A stretch of 64,000 nt of DNA from Gammaproteobacteria bacterium AqS3 (GCA_001750645.1 MEIF01000001.1:9179-73178), one strand, 5' to 3'; shown: positions 30,867 through 41,015, numbered from the stretch's first letter. Notes: generated by a model not told the origin, from the letters alone. Translations and numbers: made by a program.

Positions 30867-32752
30867 TCAGATCGCTCTTACGTCTGTCTCGGGTGAGAGC
30901 TGCTTGAAGATTTGTTCGGCGTTGATTTTAGCAGTATCACTAGCAAAGCCGCTATTCCGGAAAACAGCACACTCGGGCTTATGGCTGGCAAGCTTCTTGA
31001 CTAGCCCCTCATTAATGCTCGACTCAAAACAGGCGATAAGTAAGCCGTCGTCAACGAAAAAGACGTTCTTGCCTTGAACCGTCTCCTTTCTGATAGATAG
31101 CGACAAGTCCAAGCCCCAATCAATAAGAACCTGGAATAACAAGTCTTCACCAGTTCGACCGTGCTTGATGTTATCGGATAAGTTGGAAAGGTTTTGCTGG
31201 TTAGTTTCCTCGGGCGTGTAGTACACGTCTTTCATGTTAGATGAATCCACTTTAAAGGCCCTAAATCCCACATCACGGTTCCAGTCGATATCACACTCTC
31301 CTTCAAGGACTTTATTTCCAGCCAGGTGGATTCGCTCTCTTGTAATTTCTGAGATAGTTGTAAAGCCCGAAGAAGCAGCTTCAGACTTTTCATCTACATT
31401 TTCAGCTGCCTGGACAAGAATAAACTGCCTGTTTTCTCCTGTTTCAGCACAAAGCTGAAACAGGGCATCAGCAGTCGTACCCGACCCAGCAAAAAAATCC
31501 ATCACGATATCGCCAGATGAACTTCCAATTCTAATGATCTCTTTTAATAGACGTGTGGGCTTGGGAAAGGTAAAAATTTTCTTTTTCCCAAAAAGCTCAT
31601 TAACTTCTGTTGATCCTTCATTATTATGACCAAAATCTGTGAAAGACCACCAAGTTGAGGGGACGACCCCATCCGGCACTTCACTTAAGTATCGTTTCAT
31701 TCTTGGACGTTCATAGCTCATGTCCGGACCCCAATAAAGTCTATCTTCAGCAACCATTTTTTCATGTTTTTCTTTGGAATATCTCCACGCATTTTCACCA
31801 GGCCACACATTCTCGCCAGTTTTTGGATGGACAATAGGGTAATAAAGCGTAGGACGATCTGCTTTTGAATTATTGCTGATGTAGTTATCAGATGACCAAG
31901 GTCCTCTAGGGTCATTGTCTGGATTTGCATATCTATCATCTTGCTTTTTTGATCGGGGTAGGAGATTGCGAGCAAAATGAGGAGATTTGCGAAAGACCAA
32001 TATGTGATCATGCATATCAGCAATTCCAGGATCATCATTAGATACTGAATATTTTTTCTGCCATATTATGTTGGCCACAAAATTAGTTTCACCAAAGATC
32101 TCGTCCCCAATCTTTCTGAGATTGGCGCACTCGCCATCATCAATACTAATGAAAATAACTCCATCATCGCTGAGTAGATTTTTAGCCAATCTTAAACGAG
32201 AGTACATCATAGCAATCCAATCAGAATGAAATCTTCCGTTTGACGAGGTATTAGCTATTAGCTTATCTCCAGATGCGTCCTGCTGAGCGGAAGAAATTAA
32301 AAAGTCATTCTTTTTGATTTTGAAATCATCTTCGTATATAAAATCATTTCCGGTGTTATAAGGAGGATCAATATAGATCATTTTGATGCGCCCTAAATAG
32401 GTTTCTTGGATGAGCTTCAGAACCTCAAGATTGTCACCTTCAATAAATAGGTTGCCGGTTTCGAAAAAGTTTTTGCTGGCCTCTACATCAGGACGCAATG
32501 TTTTTGAAATTGGCGTATTGGCCAGTGCAATCGCCTCTCGCTTTCCTGGCCAATCCAAGCGATATCGCTCTACCCCCCCCCATCAATTTGCTGATCACCC
32601 AACTCCTGTCGAAGGCGGTCAAAGTCCACAGCCAAGCGCAACTCGCCAGTGTCCTCATCAATAACCTCGGTAACGCATCCTGGAAACAGGTCACGGATTT
32701 TCGCAATGTTGGCTTGCGTTGGATCAGGGCTGTGCATTTTGAGTTTGTTCAT
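30867..32752 (-). CDS. mod: Type III Mod methyltransferase, paralog 3, interrupted at a G9 tract near the 5' end (phase-variable, OFF as sequenced)
   Basis: N-terminal piece is MNKLKMHSPDP...LRQELGDQQIDGGG then TAG. Another frame continues [18 protein letters not shown]...[10 protein letters not shown] into the 563-aa ORF, which carries DFFAGSGTTADAL. G10 would fuse the frames. Confidence 0.85.
32573..32581. repeat. homopolymeric tract C9 (G9 in mod3 coding sense)
   Basis: Read directly: ...tctac ccccccccc atcaattt... Confidence 0.9.
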
Positions 32753-33029
32753 GATCGCATCCCCCTGCACCCGCGCTACTGTCACGGACGGCCTATTCTA
32801 AATATCGCAGCCCCTTCTATCAATGCCTAGAACTTGCCGAGGTATGTGCCCCTTTTCATCCAGCAATTCAGAGAGCCAATGCTCCCAACCAAGACTGATG
32901 AAGGCGACAATCAGCAAGATGGCTGATGCACTACATAGCAAGCCCACATCACCAGAGCGAATGGTTTGCCATATAGATGCCGGTCGTGTATAAAGCCCGC
33001 CAGCTGAGGCGGGACATAGGGAGACAACC

Positions 33030-33467
33030 ATGACCGTCACCATCAGATATGCCCAACCAGAGGATCAGCAGCGGTGCTCTGAGCTGCTGGGCGTCTTGGC
33101 CGAGCACACAGGCGGGCCTTTTGAGTCGTTTGATTCAGAGGCTTTTGAATATCTGCTTACCAATGAGCGCGGCTGCCTGATCGTCGCAGAGGAGGATGGC
33201 AACATCCTCGGCTTGGCTTCGATTTCCTTCAACTTCGCACTGAGATACAACGGGGAATACTGCACTCTTGAGGAGCTGGTGCTTGATCAGGATGCCAGGG
33301 GTAAGAACGTCGGCGGGCGGTTGGTTGAGGAAACCATCCGCCTGGCAAAGGAGAGAGGCTGCAAGGAATATGGGCTTTACATCCTCGAATCGACCCTGCA
33401 GAACCAAACCTTTTATGAGAAGTTTGGCTTTGCCAAAGTGGGCATTGACATGCGGCAGAAGCTGTAG
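33030..33467 (+). CDS. GNAT family N-acetyltransferase
   Basis: 145 aa. Acetyl-CoA binding motif ARGKNVGGRLVEETIRLAKERGC, then YEKFGF. Confidence 0.8.
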   Translation: MTVTIRYAQPEDQQRCSELLGVLAEHTGGPFESFDSEAFEYLLTNERGCLIVAEEDGNILGLASISFNFALRYNGEYCTLEELVLDQDARGKNVGGRLVEETIRLAKERGCKEYGLYILESTLQNQTFYEKFGFAKVGIDMRQKL

Positions 33468-33587
33468 CGATCTGGGAAACCATTATTTCTCACCGGTTGC
33501 CAGTTATTTGATTCAACTTTATCTATCGGCTTATTGGCAACAGCCGATTAAAAATAGGAACTACCTCTCCAACTAAGAATTACCATA

Positions 33588-34061
33588 ATGAGTGCAGGCT
33601 ATCCGAATGTAACCGACAATCAATTCCAGTGGATGATGGTCTATCGCTACTATGGGGGAGGAATTTGGTCAGTCGAAGAGATAGCTAATTTCTTCGACTT
33701 CTCCGAGACCACTGTCCGCAATAGAACCTGTGAGAGGCATAGGAAAGGACAAGCCCTAAAAGATAGAAAGTGGCGCGAGACAACCGGCAATACGGCCAAG
33801 TTCTATCTCCCCAACGGAAAGTATCTTCGGTATGATCAGGCCGCAAAATTACTTCTGCAGCGGGATAAGAAGTGCTGCCGCCCAGGATGCGATAAGGTGA
33901 TGAGTTTCCGCAAACGAAATTTCACGATTGATCACATCTACCCTGTATCTCTCTGCCACAGGGACGGCTGGACAGTCGAGAGGACTCAGAGCATCGATAA
34001 CATTCAACTGATGTGCAGGGGCTGCAATTCCAAAAAGAGCAATGATTTAAGGCGGGCGTAA
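33588..34061 (+). CDS. HNH endonuclease domain protein
   Basis: CCRPGCDKV...FTIDHIYPVSLCHRDGW...NIQLMCRGCNSKKSN: Cys-rich HNH motif with the catalytic His and a conserved Asn. Confidence 0.8.
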   Translation: MSAGYPNVTDNQFQWMMVYRYYGGGIWSVEEIANFFDFSETTVRNRTCERHRKGQALKDRKWRETTGNTAKFYLPNGKYLRYDQAAKLLLQRDKKCCRPGCDKVMSFRKRNFTIDHIYPVSLCHRDGWTVERTQSIDNIQLMCRGCNSKKSNDLRRA

Positions 34062-34116
34062 GAATAGACTTAAATCTTGGGACTGATATATAAATCAACA
34101 CAGAGGAGGATTCGAA

Positions 34117-34458
34117 GTGAAACATCTGGTTAATTCAATAAAATCCATCTCCGGCTTTATGTATGGCCTGGGAGGGGCAGTAACTGTAGGGTGCTTTTGG
34201 CTGCTCTGCATACTCGCACCGCTGTGGAGATTAGGCCTGTTGGACGAATGGACAGACCGACCTGAACAGGAAGCTGAGGTTCAGCGGCAGTATTCACAAG
34301 TGCAGATAACAGCGTGCAAGGCATTGCAAACGCAGCTGGAAGGAGAGTTCAGACTGATTGCATTTGGCGATGAGAACATAAACAATGCACTGGAAGAAGC
34401 GGGCTTGGACTTGATTATTTCAGTGGATTGCCGGCATCGCTACGGGAGCGCCAAATAA
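34117..34458 (+). CDS. hypothetical small membrane protein
   Basis: 113-aa ORF with one clear TM helix. Unknown family. Confidence 0.35.
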   Translation: MKHLVNSIKSISGFMYGLGGAVTVGCFWLLCILAPLWRLGLLDEWTDRPEQEAEVQRQYSQVQITACKALQTQLEGEFRLIAFGDENINNALEEAGLDLIISVDCRHRYGSAK

Positions 34459-34540
34459 TAGGCTATGCCAAGTTGTATACAATTCCCCAAGCCTTTGACT
34501 AGGCCGCGCTTTTTATTCTCAAATTGGAGGACATCGGAAA

Positions 34541-34786
34541 ATGAGTAAATTAAACTGGATATATGCCTTGGTGGCGGTTTTGCTTGCAGTCATTCTTTTC
34601 ATGAACTTTGTCAATTACGAAAGATTGGACGAGCTGGAAGAAGGAGCTGTCAAGACCATAGATGCACAGAAGGCGCAGATAGACAAACAGAAGGCGCAGA
34701 TAGACAAACAGAAGGCGCAGATAGAGGAGCAGAAAAAGCTCCTGGCCATTCTGGAGCAAAAGTGTGAAAAGGCTCCGCCAAAATGA
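34541..34786 (+). CDS. small membrane-anchored coiled-coil protein with QKAQIDK heptad repeats
   Basis: N-terminal TM helix IYALVAVLLAVILFM, then three copies of QKAQIDK encoded by a 21-nt tandem repeat. Confidence 0.5.
   Translation: MSKLNWIYALVAVLLAVILFMNFVNYERLDELEEGAVKTIDAQKAQIDKQKAQIDKQKAQIEEQKKLLAILEQKCEKAPPK
34667..34729 (+). repeat. 21-nt tandem repeat, about three copies of cagaaggcgcagatagacaaa, in frame
   Basis: Copies at 34667-34687, 34688-34708 and a diverged copy at 34709-34729. Confidence 0.85.
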
Positions 34787-34890
34787 ACAATAAATGATTC
34801 AGCCATTCCCCAGGCGATGAATTCCCGGCATTCTGCCCGCCGGCGAGCTGCGGCCACTCTCCCAGCCAGATCGGTTTTCGCACCTTCTTA

Positions 34891-34900
34891 CCCCCCCCCC
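34891..34900. repeat. homopolymeric tract C10, intergenic between convergent 3' ends
   Basis: Read directly: ...cttctta cccccccccc tcaccc... Confidence 0.85.
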
Positions 34901-34905
34901 TCACC

Positions 34906-35262
34906 CTACTGCCTCTCCAGTATCTCCGCAACCAAATCCTCGGCTGTTCCGATGTATTTCTCGCGGCCGCTGAACAGGGTGATGACCTCCTGAGTAAAGA
35001 ATCCCTTGACTCGCACAAAGCTGACAAAGCCGTTCGGGCATCGGTACAAAACCAGGGTGGATGTCGCCGCCAGCAATGGCTCGGCCCCGTCCAGGCAGTC
35101 AATGCGATGATCCTGCCCGCAGCCGCATTCATAAAACAGGTTTTCAAATCTGGATAAATTGAGGAACTCCGTCGTCCTGAAATAAATCCCCTTTATCTCC
35201 TCGTCGAACATCTCTTTTGTTTCCAATAGTTTCATTTTCTCCTCCCGAATTCGGCGCTTCAT
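34906..35262 (-). CDS. hypothetical Cys-containing protein
   Basis: 118-aa ORF (CGCGQDHRIDC...CPNGF). Its start overlaps the stop of the downstream hydrolase by 4 nt. Confidence 0.4.
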   Translation of the reverse strand: MKRRIREEKMKLLETKEMFDEEIKGIYFRTTEFLNLSRFENLFYECGCGQDHRIDCLDGAEPLLAATSTLVLYRCPNGFVSFVRVKGFFTQEVITLFSGREKYIGTAEDLVAEILERQ

Positions 35263-36299
35263 TTAATCGAGTTGTCTTCAATTTTGTCAATGATTCTGAT
35301 CAAGGCATTGGCAATGTCACCGGGCACTTCCTCCTGAAGAAAGTGACCCGCAGCGGTTTCGGTAACCGGTGCATCGGGAAAGTTTGCCTTCATATTGGGC
35401 AGAAGCCTCCCCAAAACCGGATCGTTCATCCCCCATACAATCTCTGCCGGAATATCGAGACTTTCAACGTAGTCTTCAATCAGCCGCAATTGCGGTGTGC
35501 TGGGATGATCAGGTCCGTCTGTAACCATTCGCATGAGCGTGAGCGGAGCCTTGCCATTGCCGCTTTCGGTCACCGGGCGACCGTATAGTTCCAAAACCTC
35601 GGATGGCATCGAGAGTGGGTCGCCCTGCACATCGGGAAGTCTATCAAAGATGGATACAAGAACCTCGAACATCAGCTCCCCCAGAACGGGCGTTTTGGCC
35701 AAAGCATGTGCCGCCGAGATATCCCGCACCTCCGTGGGGGCATTAAGTGCCGTATTAAGAATCACTGCGCCCCTGAGCATCTCAGGGTTCAATGCGAGCG
35801 CACCCATGCCAATAGGTCCGCCCCAGTCCTGCCCAACGAATATCAGTTCAGACAATTGCAGCTGCTTCAGCACTTCAGCCATCCAGCGCACATGATTATC
35901 CAGGGTATGCCGGCTTGCGGGTATCTTGCTGGAGAAACCAAGCCCCACCATAGTGGGCATGATCAGCCTGACCTGCCGCCCCTTGAGTTCCGCTGCAACC
36001 TTTCTGTACAGAAAACCTGATGTGGGATTGCCATGCTGCAGATAAACGGGAAATCCCTCGCCCACTTCAAGAATATGAACCTTAATATCCGGCTCCACTT
36101 CTATGAAATAACTTTTGTAGTCGGAATCAATCATTTTTGCGGCGTAATCGGGTAAGGGATACGCCTCGTAAGCTCCCGAATCCAAAACAATCTCACCTTC
36201 TCCCGAAGGAGTGATAACCCCGCCATCCCTGGTTATATAAATAACGAAGGCCGTTATGACAATGAGCGCGGGGATTAATATTTTCAAAAAGGTTTTCAT
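35259..36299 (-). CDS. alpha/beta-fold hydrolase (haloalkane-dehalogenase-like) with an N-terminal signal/TM anchor
   Basis: HGNPTSGFLYR (oxyanion region) and FVGQDWGGPIGMGAL (nucleophile elbow, with D as the nucleophile as in dehalogenases). N-terminus MKTFLKILIPALIVITAFVIY. Confidence 0.75.
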   Translation of the reverse strand: MKTFLKILIPALIVITAFVIYITRDGGVITPSGEGEIVLDSGAYEAYPLPDYAAKMIDSDYKSYFIEVEPDIKVHILEVGEGFPVYLQHGNPTSGFLYRKVAAELKGRQVRLIMPTMVGLGFSSKIPASRHTLDNHVRWMAEVLKQLQLSELIFVGQDWGGPIGMGALALNPEMLRGAVILNTALNAPTEVRDISAAHALAKTPVLGELMFEVLVSIFDRLPDVQGDPLSMPSEVLELYGRPVTESGNGKAPLTLMRMVTDGPDHPSTPQLRLIEDYVESLDIPAEIVWGMNDPVLGRLLPNMKANFPDAPVTETAAGHFLQEEVPGDIANALIRIIDKIEDNSIK

Positions 36300-36350
36300 C
36301 GTTCTCTCCTGCTTAAAATTTTGGCTGATGCTGATCCGGGTGCAACGAAA

Positions 36351-37961
36351 TCACTCCCACTCAATCGTCGCCGGGGGTTTGTTCGAGATGTCGTAGACCA
36401 CCCTGGCGATGTCTTCGATTTCGTTGAGTATGCGCGTGCCGATCTGGTCGAGCAGGTCGTGCGGCAGATGCGACCAGTGCGCAGTCATAAAGTCCTGGGT
36501 TTCGACGGCGCGCAGCACGATCGTCCAGGCGTAGCGCCGGGCATCGCCGACGACGCCGACGGCCTTGACCGGCAGAAACACGGCGAAGGCCTGGGACAAC
36601 CTCTCATACCAGCCGCTCGCCCTCAACTCCTCGATGTAAATCGCATCAGCGCGCCGCAGAACTTCCAGATATTCCTCCCGCACCTCGCCCAAAACCCGCA
36701 CGGCCAGGCTGGGGCCGGGGAAGGGGTGCTGGCCGATCAGGTGTTCGGGCACGCCCAAACTCCGACCGATCATCCGCACTTCGTCCTTGAACAATGTCCG
36801 CAGCGGTTCGACCAGCTCAAAGCGCATGTCCTCGGGCAGGCCGCCGACGTTGTGGTGCGATTTGATGACTTTCGACGCACCGGCGCCCGCACCGGTCGAG
36901 GCAGCGCCGGATTCAATCACATCGGAGTAAATCGTCCCCTGGCCGAGAAACTTGAACTCGCCCAGCGCATCCGCTGCCTCGTCAAAGACGCGCACGAACA
37001 CCTCGCCGATGGCCTTGCGCTTGGCCTCGGGTTCGTCCAGCCCGGCGAGCGCCGCCAAAAACCGCGCACCGGCATCGACGCACCTGACCCGCACGCCGCC
37101 CTGCTCGGCGAACACCTGCATGACGCGCTCGCCCTCGCCGAGCCGCAGCAGTCCGTTGTCGACGAATACGCACTGCAGCTGATCGCCGATGGCCCGGTGC
37201 AGCAGCACGGCGGCGACGCTGGAGTCGACCCCGCCCGAGACGCCCATCAGCACGCGCCCTGCCCCGACCCTCCGGCGAATGTCTTCGATGATGCCGTCGA
37301 TGATGTCCTCGGCGGTCCAGTTGCGCTCGCTCGCACAGATGTCCTCGACAAAGGCCCGCAGCACTTCCCTGCCGCAGGGGGTGTGGTCGACTTCGGGGTG
37401 GAACTGCAGGCCGTAGATGCGCCGCCGGGCGTCGGCGATGGCGGCGTTGGGCGAGCCGGCCGAGCGCGCAATGCTGGCAAAGCCGTCGGGCAAACTCTCG
37501 ACGTGGTCGCCGTGGCTCATCCACACGGAGTGCTCGCCCCCCTCAACCCCCTCGCCCCCCTCAACCCCGGCAAACAGCGCCGAGCCGGCATCGGTGATCT
37601 CCAGCATCGCCGGGCCGAATTCGCCCGCGTCCCCGCCCCGAACACCGCCGCCGAAGGTGGAGCAGATCAGCTGCAGGCCGTAGCAGATGCCCAGCACGGG
37701 CACGCCGGCATCGAGCACGGCCTCATCCAGCCCGGGTGCGCCCTCGCGGGTGACCGATTCCGGCCCGCCGCTCAAAATCACGCCGCTGCATTGCAGGCCG
37801 TCCAGCGCCGCGCGGGCGCCGTTCCACGGGTGGACTTCGCAGTAGACGCCGAGCTCGCGCACGCGCCGGACGATGAGCTGGGTGTACTGCGAGCCGAAGT
37901 CGAGCACCAGCATTCCGCGCCTTCCTGTGCCCGCAACCGCACCCGCACCGTCTCCCATCAC
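36351..37961 (-). CDS. guaA: GMP synthase (glutamine-hydrolysing)
   Basis: LVLDFGSQYTQLIVRRVRELGVYCEV, SGGVDSSV (PP-loop), C-terminal KPPATIEWE. The true start may be the internal MLVLDFG (~37912). Confidence 0.95.
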   Translation of the reverse strand: MMGDGAGAVAGTGRRGMLVLDFGSQYTQLIVRRVRELGVYCEVHPWNGARAALDGLQCSGVILSGGPESVTREGAPGLDEAVLDAGVPVLGICYGLQLICSTFGGGVRGGDAGEFGPAMLEITDAGSALFAGVEGGEGVEGGEHSVWMSHGDHVESLPDGFASIARSAGSPNAAIADARRRIYGLQFHPEVDHTPCGREVLRAFVEDICASERNWTAEDIIDGIIEDIRRRVGAGRVLMGVSGGVDSSVAAVLLHRAIGDQLQCVFVDNGLLRLGEGERVMQVFAEQGGVRVRCVDAGARFLAALAGLDEPEAKRKAIGEVFVRVFDEAADALGEFKFLGQGTIYSDVIESGAASTGAGAGASKVIKSHHNVGGLPEDMRFELVEPLRTLFKDEVRMIGRSLGVPEHLIGQHPFPGPSLAVRVLGEVREEYLEVLRRADAIYIEELRASGWYERLSQAFAVFLPVKAVGVVGDARRYAWTIVLRAVETQDFMTAHWSHLPHDLLDQIGTRILNEIEDIARVVYDISNKPPATIEWE

Positions 37962-37982
37962 TGCCCCCTCAAGCCCCGGCGC

Positions 37983-39464
37983 TCAACCGGGCAGGCCATA
38001 GTTGGGGGCTTCCTTGGTGATGTCGACGTCGTGGACGTGGCTCTCGACGATGCCGGCGGAGGTGATCTGCACAAACTCGGTGTCCCGGCGCAGGGCTTCG
38101 AGGTCGGCACAGCCGGTGTAGCCCATGGCCGAGCGCAGCCCGCCGAGCAGCTGGTAGACGACGGATTCGAGCTTGCCCTTGATGGCGACGCGCCCCTCGA
38201 CGCCCTCGGGGACGAGCTTGTCGGGCTTGCTGTTGTCCTGGAAGTAGCGGTCGGCGGACTGTCCGGACATCGCCCCGAGCGAGCCCATGCCGCGGTAGGT
38301 TTTGTAGGCGCGGCCCTGGTAGAGCTCGACTTCGCCGGGGGCCTCGTCGGTTCCGGCGAGCAGGCTGCCGAGCATCACCGAGTGTGCTCCGAACGCCAGC
38401 GCCTTGGCGATGTCGCCGGCAAACCTGATCCCGCCGTCGGCGATGATGGGGACTTCGACGTGGCCGGCGACGTCCTCGATGGCGCCGAGCTGCGGGACGC
38501 CGACGCCGGTGACGATGCGCGTGGTGCAGATCGATCCGGGGCCGATGCCGATCTTGATGCCGTCGGCGCCGGCGGCCTCGACCGCCTGGGCGCCCTCCCG
38601 GGTGGCGACGTTGCCGGCGATGATGTCGGCGTCGGGGCACTTCGCCCGCGTCAGCTTGATGGCCTCGATGACGCCCTGGGAGTGGCCGTGGGCGCTGTCA
38701 ATCAGCAGGACGTCGACCTCGGCCGCCCTGAGCCGCTCGATGCGCTCGGTGAGGTCGGCCCCGACCCCGAGTGCGGCGGCGACGCGCAGCCGGCCGTCGG
38801 CGTCCTTGCTGGCGATGGGGAAGTTGCGGGCGTTCTCGATGTCGCGCAGGGTGATGAGCCCCTCGAGGCGGCCATCGGGCGAGACCACGAGCAGTTTCTC
38901 AAGGCGGTGGCGGTAGAGTTTTTCGAGGATCTCCCGCTCGTCGGCGTTGCGCCCGACGGTGATGAGCTTGTCGAACGGGGTCATGATTTCGGCGACCTCG
39001 GCGCTCATGTTGGGTTCGTAGCGGAAGTCGCGGGAGGTGACGATGCCCTTGAGTTCGCCGTCGTCGACCACGGGCATGCCGGAGACGTTGTGCCGCTCGG
39101 TGAGCTGGATCAATTCCCCGACGCTGCGGTCGGAGCGGATGGTGACGGGGTCCCTGACGATGCCGCTCTCGAATTTCTTGACCTTGGCGACCTCCTCGGC
39201 CTGCTGCTGCGGGGTGTTGTTTTTGTGGATGACGCCGATGCCGCCGAGCTGCGCCATGACGATGGCGAGGCGCGCCTCGGTGACGGTGTCCATGGCGGCG
39301 GAGATCAGCGGGATGTTGAGCTGGATGTTGCGCGTCAGGGGGGTGTTGAGGACGGCCTCGGAGGGAAGCACCTCGGAGTAGCGCGGCTTGAGCAGGACAT
39401 CGTCAAAGGTCAGCCCCACCCCAACGACTTTGCCCATCTCTCTGCCCGTCGCCACGTGGCGCAC
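37983..39464 (-). CDS. guaB: IMP dehydrogenase
   Basis: [13 protein letters not shown] pair, [34 protein letters not shown]. Confidence 0.95.
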   Translation of the reverse strand: MRHVATGREMGKVVGVGLTFDDVLLKPRYSEVLPSEAVLNTPLTRNIQLNIPLISAAMDTVTEARLAIVMAQLGGIGVIHKNNTPQQQAEEVAKVKKFESGIVRDPVTIRSDRSVGELIQLTERHNVSGMPVVDDGELKGIVTSRDFRYEPNMSAEVAEIMTPFDKLITVGRNADEREILEKLYRHRLEKLLVVSPDGRLEGLITLRDIENARNFPIASKDADGRLRVAAALGVGADLTERIERLRAAEVDVLLIDSAHGHSQGVIEAIKLTRAKCPDADIIAGNVATREGAQAVEAAGADGIKIGIGPGSICTTRIVTGVGVPQLGAIEDVAGHVEVPIIADGGIRFAGDIAKALAFGAHSVMLGSLLAGTDEAPGEVELYQGRAYKTYRGMGSLGAMSGQSADRYFQDNSKPDKLVPEGVEGRVAIKGKLESVVYQLLGGLRSAMGYTGCADLEALRRDTEFVQITSAGIVESHVHDVDITKEAPNYGLPG

Positions 39465-39513
39465 TTTACCGACTTAGCACACCGCTGGCAAGACGGCGGG
39501 GCTGTTTCGGAGT

Positions 39514-39546
39514 TTTTTTCAGGGATTTTTCAGGGATTTTTCAGGT
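39514..39546. repeat. tandem 11-nt repeat (cagggattttt, ~2.5 copies) upstream of guaB
   Basis: Read directly: tttttttcagggatttttcagggatttttcaggt. Confidence 0.7.
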
Positions 39547-41006
39547 CATTCGGGGTGGGCGGACGGCGGCTTGGCGAGGCTCATCCACTCGAGGACGGCG
39601 TCGCGCCAGGCGGTGAGCTCGCCGCGCAGCCGCTCGTCGATGTCGTCGCCGGCTTCGGCGAGCTCGCGCTCGAAGTCGGCCAGCGTGCGCCCGGGGCCGC
39701 CCTTGATGCGCGCGCAGATGCGCCGGTGCCAGACCTGCCACTGCGGCTCGGACAGCAGGTCGGGGCGGTTGCGCCCGAGGACGTTGAGCAGCTGGTCGAA
39801 GTAGTCCGCATCGTCAAAGGTGGTGCGCTCGGCGAGCCAGTCGTCGAGCGGCAGCTGCCGCAGCCGGCCGAGCCGCTTCTGGTCGGCGCGCGAGGGGAAG
39901 CCGCGCTGATACAGGCGCCCGTCGGGGTCGGCATGGCCGCTGTCGTCGGTGTCGTCCCGGGCGTTGCGCGCAGCCTCGTCGTCGTCGAGCAGCATGGCGA
40001 AGTGCGAGAGCAGGTGGTTGCGCAGCGAGGCGCCCCGGATGAGCTCCTCGCCGAGGTGCCGCTGGGCGGCGATGTCGATGCCGAGCCGCTCGCTGCGCGC
40101 ATCGGTCAGGGCGCTGAGGGGGAAGAGCATCGGGCTCTGGTTGGCGCGCACCTGAGAGAGCGGCAGGGCACCGTCGTGGCGCAGCTGCTTCATCTCCTCC
40201 AGGCTGGGGCGCTGCAGCAGCACGTCGGCGCCCTCGTCGAGGTGCGCCAGCACCCAGCCGCGCGGCCCCCGCAGGGATTCCTGCAGCGGCAGCACCAGCG
40301 AGCAGCACAGATGCTGCTTCGGCAGCCTGGCCGAGACCCAGACCATGGGCTCGAGCAGCTGGACGCTGAGCGACCCGGGCAGGCGGTGCCGGCTGCACCA
40401 GTCCCAGAACTTCGGGGAGTTGCGGTGCAGCAGCCGGGCCAGCTCGAGCGTGGTGCGGGCATCGTCAAGGGCATCGTGGGCATCGGCGGCGATGCCGTTG
40501 GCGGCGGCGATGTCGGCGAGCCGGTAGCAGGGCCGCCCGTCCTCGTAGTCGGGCCACTGCATGCCCTGGGGCGACAGGGCGCGCGCCGCCCGGGCGACCT
40601 CCTGAAAGTCCCAGCGGCTGCACTCGTTGCGGGTGTGAAAGTCATACGGCGGCAGCAGGTTGCGGTAGAACAGGTGGCGCATGAAGTGGTCGTCGAAGCG
40701 GTAGTTGTTGTAGCCGATGTTGCAGGTGCCGCTCTGGCTGGTGTGGTCGTGGATGGCGCAGGCAAAGTCGTACTCGGCCTGGCCGCTGCGGTTCTGATCC
40801 AGCGGGCCGATGCCGTGCACCTGGGTCGAGTGGACGCTGGGGAGGTGGTCGGGGTTCAGCCGGCAGCGCAGCCGAATGGGTGCGCCGATGGGGTTGAGCG
40901 CCGCATCGGTGCGCTGGGCGCCGTATTCGACGATGCGGTCGTGGGCAATGTCGATGCCGGTGGTTTCGTAGTCAAACCAGAGGTAACTCGCCTGGGTACC
41001 AGACAC
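39546..41006 (-). CDS. sbcB: exodeoxyribonuclease I
   Basis: SYLWFDYETTGID (Exo I motif, cf. E. coli FLFHDYETFG), NIGYNNYRFDDHFMRHLFYRN, RWDFQEVARAARAL, NGIAADAHDALDDARTTLELARLL. Confidence 0.85.
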   Translation of the reverse strand: MSGTQASYLWFDYETTGIDIAHDRIVEYGAQRTDAALNPIGAPIRLRCRLNPDHLPSVHSTQVHGIGPLDQNRSGQAEYDFACAIHDHTSQSGTCNIGYNNYRFDDHFMRHLFYRNLLPPYDFHTRNECSRWDFQEVARAARALSPQGMQWPDYEDGRPCYRLADIAAANGIAADAHDALDDARTTLELARLLHRNSPKFWDWCSRHRLPGSLSVQLLEPMVWVSARLPKQHLCCSLVLPLQESLRGPRGWVLAHLDEGADVLLQRPSLEEMKQLRHDGALPLSQVRANQSPMLFPLSALTDARSERLGIDIAAQRHLGEELIRGASLRNHLLSHFAMLLDDDEAARNARDDTDDSGHADPDGRLYQRGFPSRADQKRLGRLRQLPLDDWLAERTTFDDADYFDQLLNVLGRNRPDLLSEPQWQVWHRRICARIKGGPGRTLADFERELAEAGDDIDERLRGELTAWRDAVLEWMSLAKPPSAHPE

Positions 41007-41015
41007 TCGCTCCCT

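Noticed and set aside
32798-33043. 81-aa minus-strand ORF overlapping the GNAT gene start.
   Set aside because: Weak ORF with one hydrophobic segment, overlapping a confidently called gene on the other strand. Insufficient support.
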